The notes under the pieces are model-generated. The model was not told the origin of the DNA, did no database searches, and saw only the letters and a list, made by a program, of their open reading frames with translations. 64,000 nt of DNA, from positions 1,783,462-1,847,461 of the forward strand of contig OY970289.1 in assembly GCA_963716135.1 (NCBI GenBank), in the 5' to 3' direction. The position numbers and the translations under genes were made by a program. Positions 9,463 to 19,232 of this stretch are shown piece after piece (position 1 is the first letter of the stretch; every line of letters starts with the position of its first letter). The stretch comes from Pirellulales bacterium (GTDB lineage Bacteria; Planctomycetota; Planctomycetia; Pirellulales; JADZDJ01).

Positions 9463-10311
9463 TCAGTGCGCCTCCTCTTCGGTAGCCGCGCCCTCCACCT
9501 GCCCGCGCTTCAGAACCGTCAGCACGTCGGTCGCGGGAATCAACAGCCGGCGATGGTCCTCCATTTCCACCAACAGTTGTTGCGCCAGAATTTCATGGGC
9601 CAGTACTCGGCTGCGGCCGCGAGAAGTCAGCACATCGGAACCCACCGGCGGCAGTTCCTTTTGCAGCGCTTCATACGTGTCGTATTCGTACCGCAGGCAG
9701 CATTTCAACCGGCCGCAGCGCCCGGAGATTTTCGTCGGATCCAGCGTGGCTTTTTGCAGCTTGGCCATTTTCATCGACACCGGCGGCATTTCGCTCAGGT
9801 GCGTGTTGCAGCACACCGGCTTGCCGCAGTCGCCGTAGTCGGCCAACAATTTGGCTTCGTCGCGCACGCCGATCTGCCGCATTTCGATCCGCGTCTGAAA
9901 TTCCCCAGCCAACTGTTTTACCAAGTCGCGAAAATCGACTCGGTTTTCGGCCAGGTAGTACACCACGATCCGTTCACCGCCGAAAATATGTTCCACGTCG
10001 ACTAGTTCCATCTGCAATCCGGAGCCGCCGATCAGGTCGCGGCACTTCAAGAATTCATCGCGCTGCTGGGCCAGAATGCGCGATTGCTCCATCGAATCGG
10101 CCGGCGTCATCACCCGCAAAATCTGCCCCTGCGTCGGATTCTTCAATTCCTTGGTCGATTCTTCCGTCGCCTCGCACATCACGATCGAGCATTCCAAGCC
10201 GCGATCGGTGCGGGCAATCACCTGCGTGCCGCGCGCATACGCGTCGTCGCCGCGAGGAGACATGATCCCCAAAAATCGCATCGCGCCATACCGGACAACG
10301 TATTTCGACAT
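9463..10311 (-). CDS. PSP1 C-terminal domain protein (YaaT/RicT-like)
   Basis: 282-aa ORF. 'RIVVYYLAENRVDFRDLVKQLAGEFQTRIEMRQIGVRDEAKLLADYGDCGKPVCCNTHL...GRCGRLKCCLRYE' is the PSP1 domain with its Cys cluster. Confidence 0.85.
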   Translation of the reverse strand: MSKYVVRYGAMRFLGIMSPRGDDAYARGTQVIARTDRGLECSIVMCEATEESTKELKNPTQGQILRVMTPADSMEQSRILAQQRDEFLKCRDLIGGSGLQMELVDVEHIFGGERIVVYYLAENRVDFRDLVKQLAGEFQTRIEMRQIGVRDEAKLLADYGDCGKPVCCNTHLSEMPPVSMKMAKLQKATLDPTKISGRCGRLKCCLRYEYDTYEALQKELPPVGSDVLTSRGRSRVLAHEILAQQLLVEMEDHRRLLIPATDVLTVLKRGQVEGAATEEEAH

Positions 10312-10486
10312 TGGAAGCGGAGCTCAACTTGCTGCAAACTCGAAAGGCATGATGCGACACTCGCTGTCCGGTAAACGTAGCCCAATATATCGCCCGGCAT
10401 CGCGCCGGAGAAGTCGACGGACGTCGCGCTGGGAAGGGGCGTCGAACTTGACTTTTGGCCCACCATCAACCACCATGGAGCCGTCG

Positions 10487-10540
10487 TGGGGATGGGGTCC
10501 CCCGAAACCGCCCGCCTGGGCTGATGACTCCTACCGACGC
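10487..10540 (+). promoter_or_regulatory. Fluoride riboswitch (crcB RNA motif)
   Basis: 'GGGGAUGGGGUCCCCCGAAACCGCCCGCCUGGGCUGAUGACUCCUACCG' carries the conserved blocks of the crcB motif (GGnGAUGG..., AAACCGCC, GCUGAUGAnnCCUAC) in the right order and spacing. A terminator and crcB follow. Confidence 0.85.
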
Positions 10541-10576
10541 ACCAGCGTGCGGTCGGAGGCTATCGATCGAGCTAGC

Positions 10577-10605
10577 AGCCTTGCCGCACCGCAAGGCTTT
10601 TTTTG
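10577..10605 (+). terminator. Intrinsic terminator = expression platform of the fluoride riboswitch
   Basis: Stem AGCCTTGC (10577-10584) / GCAAGGCT (10591-10598), then TTTTTTTG, 30 nt before the crcB start. Confidence 0.75.
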
Positions 10606-10635
10606 TTGAATCGCCGCGACGATCCCGGCTGAACC

Positions 10636-11019
10636 ATGCTGAAATTCTCGCTGATTGCGATTGGCGGCGCCATCGGTTCGCTCTTGCGCTACGCCTTCCA
10701 AGGGTGGGTGCAACGTCTCACCGATAGCGCCTTTCCGATCGGCACCATGGCGGTCAACATCACGGCCTGCTTCGCCATCGGATTTTTAAGCGGCCTGTTT
10801 GCCGGCCCGCAGTTGATCCGCGAGGAATATCGCATCGGACTGACCGTGGGCGTTTTGGGCGGCTATTCCACGTTTTCCACCTTCGGGCTGGAATCGTTTA
10901 ATCTGGCCAACGACGGCGAATTCGCTCTGGCGGCAGTCAACCTTGTGTTAAGCTGCGCTGCCGGGTTGGCGGCGGTGTGGATCGGATATCGTTTGGCCGA
11001 ACACTGGTTTGGAGTGTAA
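10636..11019 (+). CDS. crcB: Fluoride ion channel CrcB/FluC
   Basis: 127-aa ORF, 4 TM. 'IGGAIGSLLRYAF...FPIGTMAVNITACFAIGF...GVLGGYSTFSTFGLE' is typical CrcB. It lies directly behind the fluoride riboswitch. Confidence 0.92.
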   Translation: MLKFSLIAIGGAIGSLLRYAFQGWVQRLTDSAFPIGTMAVNITACFAIGFLSGLFAGPQLIREEYRIGLTVGVLGGYSTFSTFGLESFNLANDGEFALAAVNLVLSCAAGLAAVWIGYRLAEHWFGV

Positions 11020-11022
11020 ACC

Positions 11023-11370
11023 ATGAAAATTCCGCAAGACGGATATCTGCTGCGCATCTTCATCGGCGAGGCCGATCGCTGGCACGGCAAGCCGCTCTAC
11101 GAAGCCATCGTGATGAAAGCCCGCGAATTGCACATGGCCGGCGCCACCGTGCTGCGCGGCCCGATGGGCTTCGGCGCCAAAAGCCACATGCATACGGCTA
11201 AGATATTGCGCCTTTCGGAAGACCTTCCCTTCATCATCGAAATCGTCGATGGCAAAGAGAAGATCGACGAGCTGATGCCGCACATCGACGAAATGGTGCA
11301 AGAAGGCCTGGTCACCCTGGAGCGCGTGCAAGTGATCAAATACCGCGCCGGCAACGAAACGAAAACTTAG
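11023..11370 (+). CDS. DUF190 (PII-like) protein commonly co-transcribed with crcB
   Basis: 115-aa ORF starting 4 nt after crcB. 'LLRIFIGEADRWHGKPLYEAIVMKARELHMAGATVLRGPMGFG...LPFIIEIVD' is the DUF190 pattern. Confidence 0.8.
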   Translation: MKIPQDGYLLRIFIGEADRWHGKPLYEAIVMKARELHMAGATVLRGPMGFGAKSHMHTAKILRLSEDLPFIIEIVDGKEKIDELMPHIDEMVQEGLVTLERVQVIKYRAGNETKT

Positions 11371-11373
11371 GCA

Positions 11374-11435
11374 GTGAGTAGGTGAGTAAGTACGAAGCGA
11401 CCTTCTAATCACTCACCTCCTCACCTTCTCACCTC
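11374..11435. repeat. Word-built hairpin (words GTGAGTA / GGTGAG), bidirectional terminator position
   Basis: Left arm is 'agtgagtaggtgagtaagta' and right arm is 'tcactcacctcctcaccttctcacctc'. It lies between the convergent DUF190 and acylase genes. The right arm overlaps the last acylase codons. Confidence 0.55.
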
Positions 11436-13690
11436 TTCGCCTCCTCAATCCTCTCCCCCGGGTGATACTTCTCCACCGCCCCCGCCTTCACGTCATCCCA
11501 ATAAAACAATTCCCGCTTCATTTTTCCTTGCGACATGAGCACGGCCTGATCGAAATAATGCGGCGACTTGGGATCGCCGCTTTCGCCGAAATTCACCACC
11601 GTCGCGCCGCGCACCCGGTTCCCGAATTCAAACACGCCCATGTACGTCGCGCCCAGCACTCCGTAATGTTTCTTGGGCGTTTGCACGAAAGGCACATTCA
11701 GCACCGGCGTGTAGTATTCCGTGAAGATCACGCCCATCGGCCCGTAACCGCCAAGGCAGGGCAAGCTGGTCAAGGTGTCGTCGAGCGATAATTCCGAGAT
11801 GTCCCCCATCTCTGCCTGTCGGCGCACGCGATAAATATCTCCCCACGCCACGCGCCAGTCGCCGAATGTCTTTTGCAATTCTTGCGCGGCGGCCAACAAT
11901 GCTTCCAATTGCGCCACGGGATTGTTGGCGTACTGCGGCTTGAGCGTTTCGGCCGGATACACCGTGCCGTAAAGTTCCTCGTACCACGCCGTCGCGAGCG
12001 GAGCGGCAGTGCTGTCGGCGGTAATGCGGCTGTCCCACGCCTTCAAGTGCGCCAACAGCGGTTCCACCTGTTGGGCCGATTGCGGATTTTTCTGCCTCAG
12101 GTCCCCCAGCGCCGCGGCGATCTGCGGCATGTCATGCTTGGCCCAGTACAGCGTGGTGTCGAACGCCGCCTGCTTGAGCGCTTCGAATGTCCAATCGTCG
12201 CGCGACTGAAGCATTTCGCGCGATCGCTTGGCCCGCCGTTTGTCGTCGTCGCGATCCTCGATCATGTACAGCGGAAATCGGCTGCGATCCGGGTTGTCCA
12301 AATGCGTGGTGGTGAAGGGGCTGGAATTGCAGTTCTGCACGTAGCCGGCCCGGGGATTAAGCAATTGCGGCAACTCGTCGAGCTTGAAAAAGCCCTGCCA
12401 CTCGGTGCGCGGATCGGCCCCGTCCACCGGCTTGCTCCATTGAAATTGCGGGTCGCGCTTTGGAATCACGCCGTCATACAAATAGAAAATGTTGCCTTCG
12501 CGATCCGCATAGATCACGTTCATGAACGGCAACTGCATCAGCCCCAGTGCCTGGCGAAACTCCGCGAGATCGTGCGCTTTGCCCATGTGCAGCGCCTGCG
12601 TCATCGGCCGAAGCTCGTACAAGTTGCCCACGCGCGCCGCCAGGTAATGCTGCTCATCTTCCTTCTTCACCAGCGGCCCATGATCCGTTTTCTTGAACGT
12701 GTAATCCTGCGCCACCACGCCGTTGGACCCGCGCACCTTGATCGTTTCTTTCCACTGGGTTGCCGCGCGGTAGCCATCGCCGTAACGATACCGCAGCGGC
12801 TGCTTGGGATCGTCGAATGTCACCCGCCACACGTCGGCGATGTCGGGCTCGTTGGTCGTTAAGGCCCAGCCCAGATTTTCATTGTGGCCCAGCGTCGGCA
12901 GCGGATTCCCAAAAAACATTCCGCCCGCCAGGTTCATCCCCTCGCCGCTGTGCAGGTGCGCTTCGTACAACTGCGCAAATCCAAAATTCGGCAAATGCGG
13001 ATTAACCAACAGCAGCGCCTTGCCGTCGCGGGTTTTCTGCGGCGCGATCGCCCAGGCGTTGGATCCTCGAGCCGCCCAAATTCGCTCGTTGGTGCGCGGC
13101 AGATAATTGTTGTGCAGCCGCGTGTAGCGGAAGCAGAGCTCCAGCGTCACGTGCCGAAAAAACGCCAGCACCTGCCACGGCTCAAAATGCTCGATCAGCC
13201 GCGGTTTCACTTGCGGATTCTTGGTCAGGTAGTAATTCAACCCGGCCACAAACGCTTCGGTCAGCACTCGATCCGCCGGATCGCAATTCGGATAATCTTC
13301 GCGCGAGCGAGGCACGATTTCAAAGGCCCGATTCAGCAGATCCGAATTCAGCCCTTCGGCCCCGTGCACTTCGCTGTAGCGCCCCGTGGCCAGAATGTAA
13401 TTGTCTTCCACTTGCCAGAAATTATCTTCCGCCTGCGCATAGGCCAACCCAAACAATACGGCGGCATCAGTCGGACCATCGATGTGCGGCGTACCGTAGG
13501 CATCGCGATAGATGGTGATGTTCTTGGCAAGCTCCTCCGCTGTTGGCGCCGCCGCCGAACCAGCGGCTGTTTCAGTCGTCGAACGTGTTGCCGTTTCGCC
13601 GGCCCGGCACTCGCATCGGAGGTCGCCCGGAGAAATAAAGCCGGCAGTTATTGCGACCGCAAGGAGGCCACCGACCCACGAAACACGCAT
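11429..13690 (-). CDS. Penicillin/AHL acylase family protein (Ntn hydrolase, MEROPS S45), secreted
   Basis: The track ORF 11429..14041 is trimmed to ATG comp. 13688-13690, which gives signal peptide '[22 protein letters not shown]'. '[36 protein letters not shown]' and '[26 protein letters not shown]' (beta-subunit Ser nucleophile) are S45 hallmarks. Confidence 0.85.
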   Translation of the reverse strand: MRVSWVGGLLAVAITAGFISPGDLRCECRAGETATRSTTETAAGSAAAPTAEELAKNITIYRDAYGTPHIDGPTDAAVLFGLAYAQAEDNFWQVEDNYILATGRYSEVHGAEGLNSDLLNRAFEIVPRSREDYPNCDPADRVLTEAFVAGLNYYLTKNPQVKPRLIEHFEPWQVLAFFRHVTLELCFRYTRLHNNYLPRTNERIWAARGSNAWAIAPQKTRDGKALLLVNPHLPNFGFAQLYEAHLHSGEGMNLAGGMFFGNPLPTLGHNENLGWALTTNEPDIADVWRVTFDDPKQPLRYRYGDGYRAATQWKETIKVRGSNGVVAQDYTFKKTDHGPLVKKEDEQHYLAARVGNLYELRPMTQALHMGKAHDLAEFRQALGLMQLPFMNVIYADREGNIFYLYDGVIPKRDPQFQWSKPVDGADPRTEWQGFFKLDELPQLLNPRAGYVQNCNSSPFTTTHLDNPDRSRFPLYMIEDRDDDKRRAKRSREMLQSRDDWTFEALKQAAFDTTLYWAKHDMPQIAAALGDLRQKNPQSAQQVEPLLAHLKAWDSRITADSTAAPLATAWYEELYGTVYPAETLKPQYANNPVAQLEALLAAAQELQKTFGDWRVAWGDIYRVRRQAEMGDISELSLDDTLTSLPCLGGYGPMGVIFTEYYTPVLNVPFVQTPKKHYGVLGATYMGVFEFGNRVRGATVVNFGESGDPKSPHYFDQAVLMSQGKMKRELFYWDDVKAGAVEKYHPGERIEEAKR

Positions 13691-14039
13691 GAATCCACCT
13701 GTTCCGCCGGAAATCGCTCCCCACGCCTTTCCCGGCCTCCGCCGCGGTGTTCCGCACGCAGACGGCATCAGAATCGCCGGGCTGTCGAGCCCTTCGCATC
13801 GTAACGCCGGGCCTCTGCTCCCGCAACCTGCGCCGGCCGCACACTCCACACATCCCCTACAAACGATCCGATATGCCACGATCGTTTTGACCACAGGAAG
13901 CCCATGGCGTATATGCACAATAGGATCGCGTCCGGTTGCATCTCGTTGTTCGACGAGTGTGTTCAGCCGGGGTGGTTGTCGCTCGGGGGCAGTCGTTTTC
14001 TTGCGCCCGCTGCCGAACCTCAAAAACATCGTTGGTGCC

Positions 14040-15252
14040 ATGGAAGAGCAAGTTTCTCAAACCGCCGACGAAGAGCAGTTTGAACTCCGCATTGCCAAGC
14101 TCGAGGAGCTGTCCGCTGAACTGAAGCAGCTCGAGCAGTCGCTCGGCTCTGGCCAGGAAGGCCATCAGTCCGACACTCCGCCATTGGCCCGCCGCCGGGC
14201 GCAACTGGTGGCCAAGGAAGCACGGCTGGAAGAGGAGATGGAACGCTTGGAAGCGCGCCGCCAGCTCAGCCGCATCCAGCGCCGCCGCATCGCCGGATGG
14301 CTGAAAACCCAACGCAACGAGTTGATCCAAGAAGCGCGAAACCTTCCAGCGAGAATCGAAGCATGTCCAGCAGCAATTGCGCCGCGAACGAGCCCGTTGG
14401 GATAAAGATCGCGAAGAATTTGAGGAGCTCCGTCGGACCTTAGAAGCCAACTCCGAAAACGGCTCCACCGTCAACATTGAAGAGCTAAGCCAGTTGCAAT
14501 CCGACCGATCGGCCCTCAACATGCGGGTGCAGCAATTGGAGCACCAGTTGGCCGAGGCAGAGCATCGGCTGGCTGCTCAGTCTGAGGGGCAAAATACGAC
14601 TGAAATCGACGACCTGCAGCGCCGCTTTGAACTGGCCATCGACGACGTTCGCGAACTCAAACACCGCAACGCCGAACTCGAAGAGGCGCTGGCTGAAATT
14701 CAATCGCTCGGCGGCGACGCGGGTTCCGCCGTCAACGGCCGCGATTGGAACGCCACGAAATCCAGATTGACCGCGCTGTTGAATCAGGGTGAACAGGACG
14801 AATCCATCGACGCCAACGATCGGCTGACGGTCGAAGGCGCCATCCGCATCACTGATGACATCGTCGCCCAACGAGACGAAGAAATTGTCGCCCTCAAGGA
14901 ACAACTGGCGCAGCAATCCGGCGAACCCGCCGAACCGGGCGCCGCCGCAGCGTCCAACGATCAACTCTTCAATCAAGATGACATCATTCGCCAAGAGCGC
15001 GAACGACTGGCCGCGCTGAATCAAGAACTCCGCGAAAAGCTCCGACAAGCTGAAGTCGATCTGTCCGTTCAACGAGCCGGCCTTGCCCGCGAACGTGCAC
15101 AATTGCAGGAAAAGCTGCGAATCGTCGAAACCGAACGGGAAGAATTGGCGGCGCAGCAGCCGGTCAATCCGGCCGCCGCTGGGGGCAAGCCAAAAAAACC
15201 TGCCCGCCGTTGGATGGAACGGATGGGCTTGAAAGAGCAGGACCAGGAATAG
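14040..15252 (+). pseudogene. Long coiled-coil protein, reading frame broken once (~14335-14340)
   Basis: The first part, from ATG 14040, reads '[33 protein letters not shown]...NELIQEAR'. The heptad-rich sequence continues in the +1 frame as 'ETFQRESKHVQQQLRRERARWDKDREEFEELRR...' (track ORF 14377..15252, open from 14326). The function is unknown. Confidence 0.6.
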
Positions 15253-15835
15253 CAGTTCCAAGCTGCCGGCCAACTGCTAATCGCTCTCGCGCGTCGCGCA
15301 CTTTGTCCGCTTCCAGATGGTACACCGCCATGCAGCGGTCTTCAGGGCTTCGCAGCTCGTGAATCGTAAAGACCCCCTCCACCGCCACGGGATGCGTGGT
15401 GAAGTCGGTTGATTTGCCCGGCGCCATCTCTACGACGATGCAGTCGTACAGCGCCGCTCCGGGGCCGAAGCAGCACTCCATGTTGTCGCGCACCAAAACA
15501 AACTGCGTCAGCCCGCTTTGCTGAAAGCTGGGCAGAATATAGCCCCGAATCCGAATCGGCATGTCGTGCAGCTTTTCGATCGCCGGTGTGAGCATCGAGC
15601 GCACAAACGGCTGGTCCTTCTTGATGTCGAACTTCACCGTATCGAAGGTGATGTCGCGCACTGCTTGCGGTTGCGCATCGTGCGGCGGATCGGCAACACT
15701 TCCCGAAACCGGCGGAAGATTGCTTCCTGCCGCCGCCGGCGCAGATCGATCCGAACACCCCGCGCATTGAAATGCAGCAGCCACGACCACCATGGCGCCA
15801 ATCGCAAACCACAGTTTCGCTTCTGCGTTCTGCAT
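15164..15835 (-). CDS. DUF3299-like lipoprotein (paralog B)
   Basis: The track ORF is trimmed to ATG comp. 15833-15835: 'MQNAEAKLWFAIGAMVVVAAAFQCAGCS...IRIRGYILPSFQQSGLTQFVLVRDNMECCFGPGAALYDCIVVEM...'. It shares the G-Y-x-x-P...F(V/L)LVRD...CCFG core with the upstream paralog. It carries a 44-aa tail past the point where the paralog stops ('..QVR*') and overlaps the convergent coiled-coil gene by 89 nt. Confidence 0.72.
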   Translation of the reverse strand: MQNAEAKLWFAIGAMVVVAAAFQCAGCSDRSAPAAAGSNLPPVSGSVADPPHDAQPQAVRDITFDTVKFDIKKDQPFVRSMLTPAIEKLHDMPIRIRGYILPSFQQSGLTQFVLVRDNMECCFGPGAALYDCIVVEMAPGKSTDFTTHPVAVEGVFTIHELRSPEDRCMAVYHLEADKVRDARERLAVGRQLGTAIPGPALSSPSVPSNGGQVFLACPQRRPD

Positions 15836-15856
15836 TCTGCCTTCTGCTTTTCGCAG
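15818..15856. repeat. Purine-word array, family F (GCAGAAGGCAGAA on the coding/minus strand)
   Basis: + strand 'cgcttctgcgttctgcattctgccttctgcttttcgc' fills the 23-nt spacer and gene ends between the two DUF3299 genes. Related arrays lie at 17818-17850, 52372-52412 and 60880-60912. Confidence 0.55.
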
Positions 15857-15858
15857 CC

Positions 15859-16601
15859 TCACCGCACTTGAGCATCGTCCATGTGGTAAAACACGACCCC
15901 CTTCGCATCCGGCGCGTCGTAAGGATCGGTCACGTGAAACGTTCCGGCCAACTTGAACAGCTTGCTGGAAAACGCAACTCCCGCCGGATCCGCAAGCTGT
16001 ACCAAAATACGATCCGTCAATTTCGGATTGCCCCCGAAACAGCAACTGCCTTGATCGCGCACCAGCAGAAACTGCGTGATGCCATTTTGCCGCTGACCCG
16101 GGTAGACATATCCCTTGATGAACACCTTCTTGCCGTCCAGCGATTTCGCGTCGGGCGGAATTCTGTCAGGCGGTTCGTCGGGCAACGGCTGCAGAATCGA
16201 ATAATCAATCCGCTCGTAGCCTTCCGGCACCTCGGTGGCATAGATGTATCCCAGCCGCGCGAAGCCGCCGGCCCAAAACAAAACCGCCAGCACGGTTCCA
16301 GCAATCGCCAGTCCGGCGCCGGTGTACTCGCCACGATGCGTGCGAATGGTTCGCAAGGCCACGATGCCCAGAATCACGGCCGTCAGCGGAATCAGACCAA
16401 GCCACCAGTCGAACATCGCCAATGGCGACAAAATGCCCAGCGCCAGCGCCGCCACCGCCGATGACGATAGAGCGCGATATTCTTCGGCGGGATCGAAATC
16501 GTCATCCTGTTCGTTGCGCGCGAGAACAACGCAGTCCGCGACAACGTTTCATCGCGCGGAGGCTCGGCGGCTAGTTCGGCAGGTGTTTGTTCGATGCTCA
16601 T
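15859..16601 (-). pseudogene. Membrane-anchored DUF3299-like protein (paralog A), probable frame break near 16515-16545
   Basis: The body is track ORF 15859..16455: '...LGILSPLAMFDWWLGLIPLTAVILGIVAL...VFIKGYVYPGQRQNGITQFLLVRDQGSCCFGGNP...'. Its frame stays open upstream ('NEQDDDFDPAEEYRALSSSAV') but has no start codon. An ATG at comp. 16599-16601 ('MSIEQTPAELAAEPPRDETLS...') sits 6 nt after the upstream gene's stop in another frame. Confidence 0.65.
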
Positions 16602-16607
16602 CTAAGC

Positions 16608-17807
16608 TTAATTATTACTAGCCGGCGCCTTCTCGGCCGGAGCTTTCGCCCCCACTGCCCCTCCAAAAAGCGGAAACGCCGTGGCGCGCTTGGCGGCATC
16701 CGGATCAAGCTTTTCCAATTCCGCCAGTTTTTCTTTGGCTTCCGGCAATGGGCAAACCTGCAGATAACGCAGCACCGGCAGCCGCACGAAAGAGTCTTGA
16801 GGATCGGCCTGCTTGAACAGCTCCACGAGCCGATCCATCACCGACCAATCTTGCCAGCGGGCCAAATCGGGAATCACCAGGTCGGCCATTTTCGGGTTAT
16901 CCAAAACATGCCGCAGTGCTGCGGCCGCCTTTTCCTTCTTCACGATTCCCGCATCCTCGCTGATGCGCACCGCCCGGATCGCGGAATTCGTGTCCACAAA
17001 CTCCGCGTTTTTGTTCGTCAGGAACAAGTCTTCGATCGTCGCCATCCCTTCCGGTCCCTTGATCGCCAGATAGCTGCCGATCAGCACGTCCAATCCTTCG
17101 GCCAGCTTGCGATCCTTGGAATTCAACAGCGACTCCAGCATCGGCAAGTCTTTTTCCGTCCCGCAGACGCCCAGCATCGTGTAATACAGCCGCCGGTGGC
17201 TCGGCAAATTGTTCGGGTTCTTCAGCCATGCGATCAATTGATCGTGGTCCATCTTCGGCGCCAGCGCCTTCAAATCGGCGTAGGGCGCCAGCGCGAATTC
17301 ATCGTGCGCATCGCGGCACAGAACCTGGTCCTCGTCCTCCAAGTGCTTTTGGAAAAACACCAGGCGATCGGGCCCGGTGTCCGGCAGCTTCATGATGTCC
17401 AGGATGTACTGCCGGCCTTCGTTGGAAAGCGGAACCGGCGTCGACCAGGCGATCGACTTGGCGCCTGTGCCTGTGACGAGAAACTGCGCGCCGACGGTCG
17501 CATCGCCGAGGTAGTTCGCCTCGATCTGCTTGATATCTTTTACTAAGTCCGCCCCTTTAACCGACTCCAGAATTTTGAATTTGGATTTCGCCAGCGGCTC
17601 GCTGAGGCCGGGCGCAAAACCTCCGTCGCTGCCTGACTGACTTGGCGGAAGTTCCACTAGTTCGGCGATCACCGCCACGTCGGCCCCTTGAATCTCCTGC
17701 GAAAACGTGCGCGAAACGGCGCTGCAAAACGGACATGCCGATGCCACTCCTGCAGCCAACACAGCGAACAGCCCGAATATGCCCAGCGCGCTTCGACGAC
17801 GTGTCAT
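16608..17807 (-). CDS. Secreted protein with N-terminal CPFC motif and helical-repeat (HEAT-like) body, function unknown
   Basis: 399-aa ORF. The signal peptide 'MTRRRSALGIFGLFAVLAAGVASA' is followed immediately by 'CPFCSAV'. It is the third gene of the ABC operon. Confidence 0.8.
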   Translation of the reverse strand: MTRRRSALGIFGLFAVLAAGVASACPFCSAVSRTFSQEIQGADVAVIAELVELPPSQSGSDGGFAPGLSEPLAKSKFKILESVKGADLVKDIKQIEANYLGDATVGAQFLVTGTGAKSIAWSTPVPLSNEGRQYILDIMKLPDTGPDRLVFFQKHLEDEDQVLCRDAHDEFALAPYADLKALAPKMDHDQLIAWLKNPNNLPSHRRLYYTMLGVCGTEKDLPMLESLLNSKDRKLAEGLDVLIGSYLAIKGPEGMATIEDLFLTNKNAEFVDTNSAIRAVRISEDAGIVKKEKAAAALRHVLDNPKMADLVIPDLARWQDWSVMDRLVELFKQADPQDSFVRLPVLRYLQVCPLPEAKEKLAELEKLDPDAAKRATAFPLFGGAVGAKAPAEKAPASNN

Positions 17808-17817
17808 CTCATGCTCC

Positions 17818-17850
17818 TTTTTTGCCTTCTGCTTTCTGCCTTTTGCGTTC
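17818..17850. repeat. Purine-word array, family F, in the permease-CPFC gene spacer
   Basis: + strand is 'tttttgccttctgctttctgccttttgcgttcgc'. On the transcript this reads 'gcgaacgcaaaaggcagaaagcagaaggcaaaaaaggagcAUG', i.e. reiterated AAGG/GGAG-like words directly before the start codon. Confidence 0.55.
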
Positions 17851-17855
17851 GCCCG

Positions 17856-19232
17856 TCACGGTGTCGCCGTCAACGCCCGCGCCACGTCCGTGCGGTACGC
17901 CGACAGCGCCGGCAAAAATCCGACCAGCGACGCCAGCACAATCAATCCTGGTATCAAAATTAACTCATATTGCGGCGCAAACTGCAAGAAACCCACGCTG
18001 ACGCCGGTGGTGCCTTCAATCCAGGGACTCAGCGCCCCCAGCAAGCCATGGCCTAACAGCCAACCGCACAGCCCACCCGATAGCGCCAGCAAGATCGACT
18101 CCGCCAGCACGATGGCCATGATTTTGCCGCGATGCGCGCCCAGGGCCCGCATCACCGCAATTTCGTGCCGCCTTTCGGACATCGAATTATAGATGCTTAC
18201 CATGATGCCGATGCCTGAAACCACGACGATCAGCACGGCCAGGCCGAACAGCAAGTAGGTCAACGGCCCCACTAATGTGTCGAACAGCCGCGTGATTTCG
18301 CCGATCGGCGCCACGGCTTGAGCCACAAAATCCTTGTTGATGTCTTTGATCAGCCCCTGCACGAACAGCTCCCGCGGTGCGCCGGCGACGGGGCTTTTGG
18401 TGAGCACCAGCAGGGCGGTGACTTCGCGCATGTCTTCCGGCAGCGGCTTCAAACCGTGGGTGTGTTTGTCCACGTGCGGATCGTTCTCAATCGGCGCGGT
18501 CGTGGAGGCAGCGGTAGCGCCGGCGGCAGGCGCGGCGCCCGGCTCCGCCGCAACCTTGCGCGAATGCCCTCCCATCAAATAAAAGCCTTCCATGTTCACG
18601 TACACGGCCCGGTCGGCAGGCGTGCCGGTGCGCTTTAGAATGCCGACCACTTCGAACGGATCGTGCTTGTGTCCTTCCGGCGCGCCGTGCGACGGTTGAA
18701 TGTCGTCCCCCAGCTTGATGCCCATGTCGCGGGCCACTTGTGAACCGACGACCGCCGTAAAGTATTCATCTTGCTTGAAATTCCGCCCCTGAGCGAATTC
18801 ATATTTTTTGTCGGGCGCATACTCCATCTCGTCGAACATTTCGGTGTTGGTGGCCACCACGCGGAACTCGCCGAAGTAATCGCCCATCAGCACGGGAATC
18901 ACTTTGTCGGTTGCCGAAGCGAACTTGCCGTCCTTGCCGTCGTGCCGTTTCGCCGCCGGCAGAAATTCCTGGTAGTACCAATACGGAATGTTCTCCACCG
19001 GCTTGCTCAGGTGATACACCGTGTTGAGCACCAACTGCAGCGAGCCCCCTTTGGCCCCCACGATCATGTTGTAGCCTAGTCCGGCGCCGGAGCGGAACGA
19101 TGCGCCCACCACGCCGCTGGCCACCAGCACCGCCACCACCAGTGAAACGCCCAGCGCCATCGACAGGCCCGTGAGAAACGAGGCCAGTGACCGCTGCTGA
19201 ATGCTGCGCCAGGCTATTTTCCAAAGCGTCAT
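17856..19232 (-). CDS. ABC transporter permease, FtsX/MacB-type
   Basis: 458-aa ORF with N-terminal TM 'SFLTGLSMALGVSLVVAVLV', a large extracytoplasmic loop and a C-terminal FtsX bundle ('MRALGAHRGKIMAIVLAESILLALSGGLCGWLLGH'). The start overlaps the ATPase stop (ATGA). Confidence 0.9.
   Translation of the reverse strand: MTLWKIAWRSIQQRSLASFLTGLSMALGVSLVVAVLVASGVVGASFRSGAGLGYNMIVGAKGGSLQLVLNTVYHLSKPVENIPYWYYQEFLPAAKRHDGKDGKFASATDKVIPVLMGDYFGEFRVVATNTEMFDEMEYAPDKKYEFAQGRNFKQDEYFTAVVGSQVARDMGIKLGDDIQPSHGAPEGHKHDPFEVVGILKRTGTPADRAVYVNMEGFYLMGGHSRKVAAEPGAAPAAGATAASTTAPIENDPHVDKHTHGLKPLPEDMREVTALLVLTKSPVAGAPRELFVQGLIKDINKDFVAQAVAPIGEITRLFDTLVGPLTYLLFGLAVLIVVVSGIGIMVSIYNSMSERRHEIAVMRALGAHRGKIMAIVLAESILLALSGGLCGWLLGHGLLGALSPWIEGTTGVSVGFLQFAPQYELILIPGLIVLASLVGFLPALSAYRTDVARALTATP

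Noticed and set aside
13691-14041. 117-codon N-terminal extension of the acylase ORF (track start 14041)
   Set aside because: The extension has no signal peptide, junk-like composition, and overlaps the divergent promoter region and the start of the coiled-coil gene. The internal ATG at 13690 gives a proper signal peptide.
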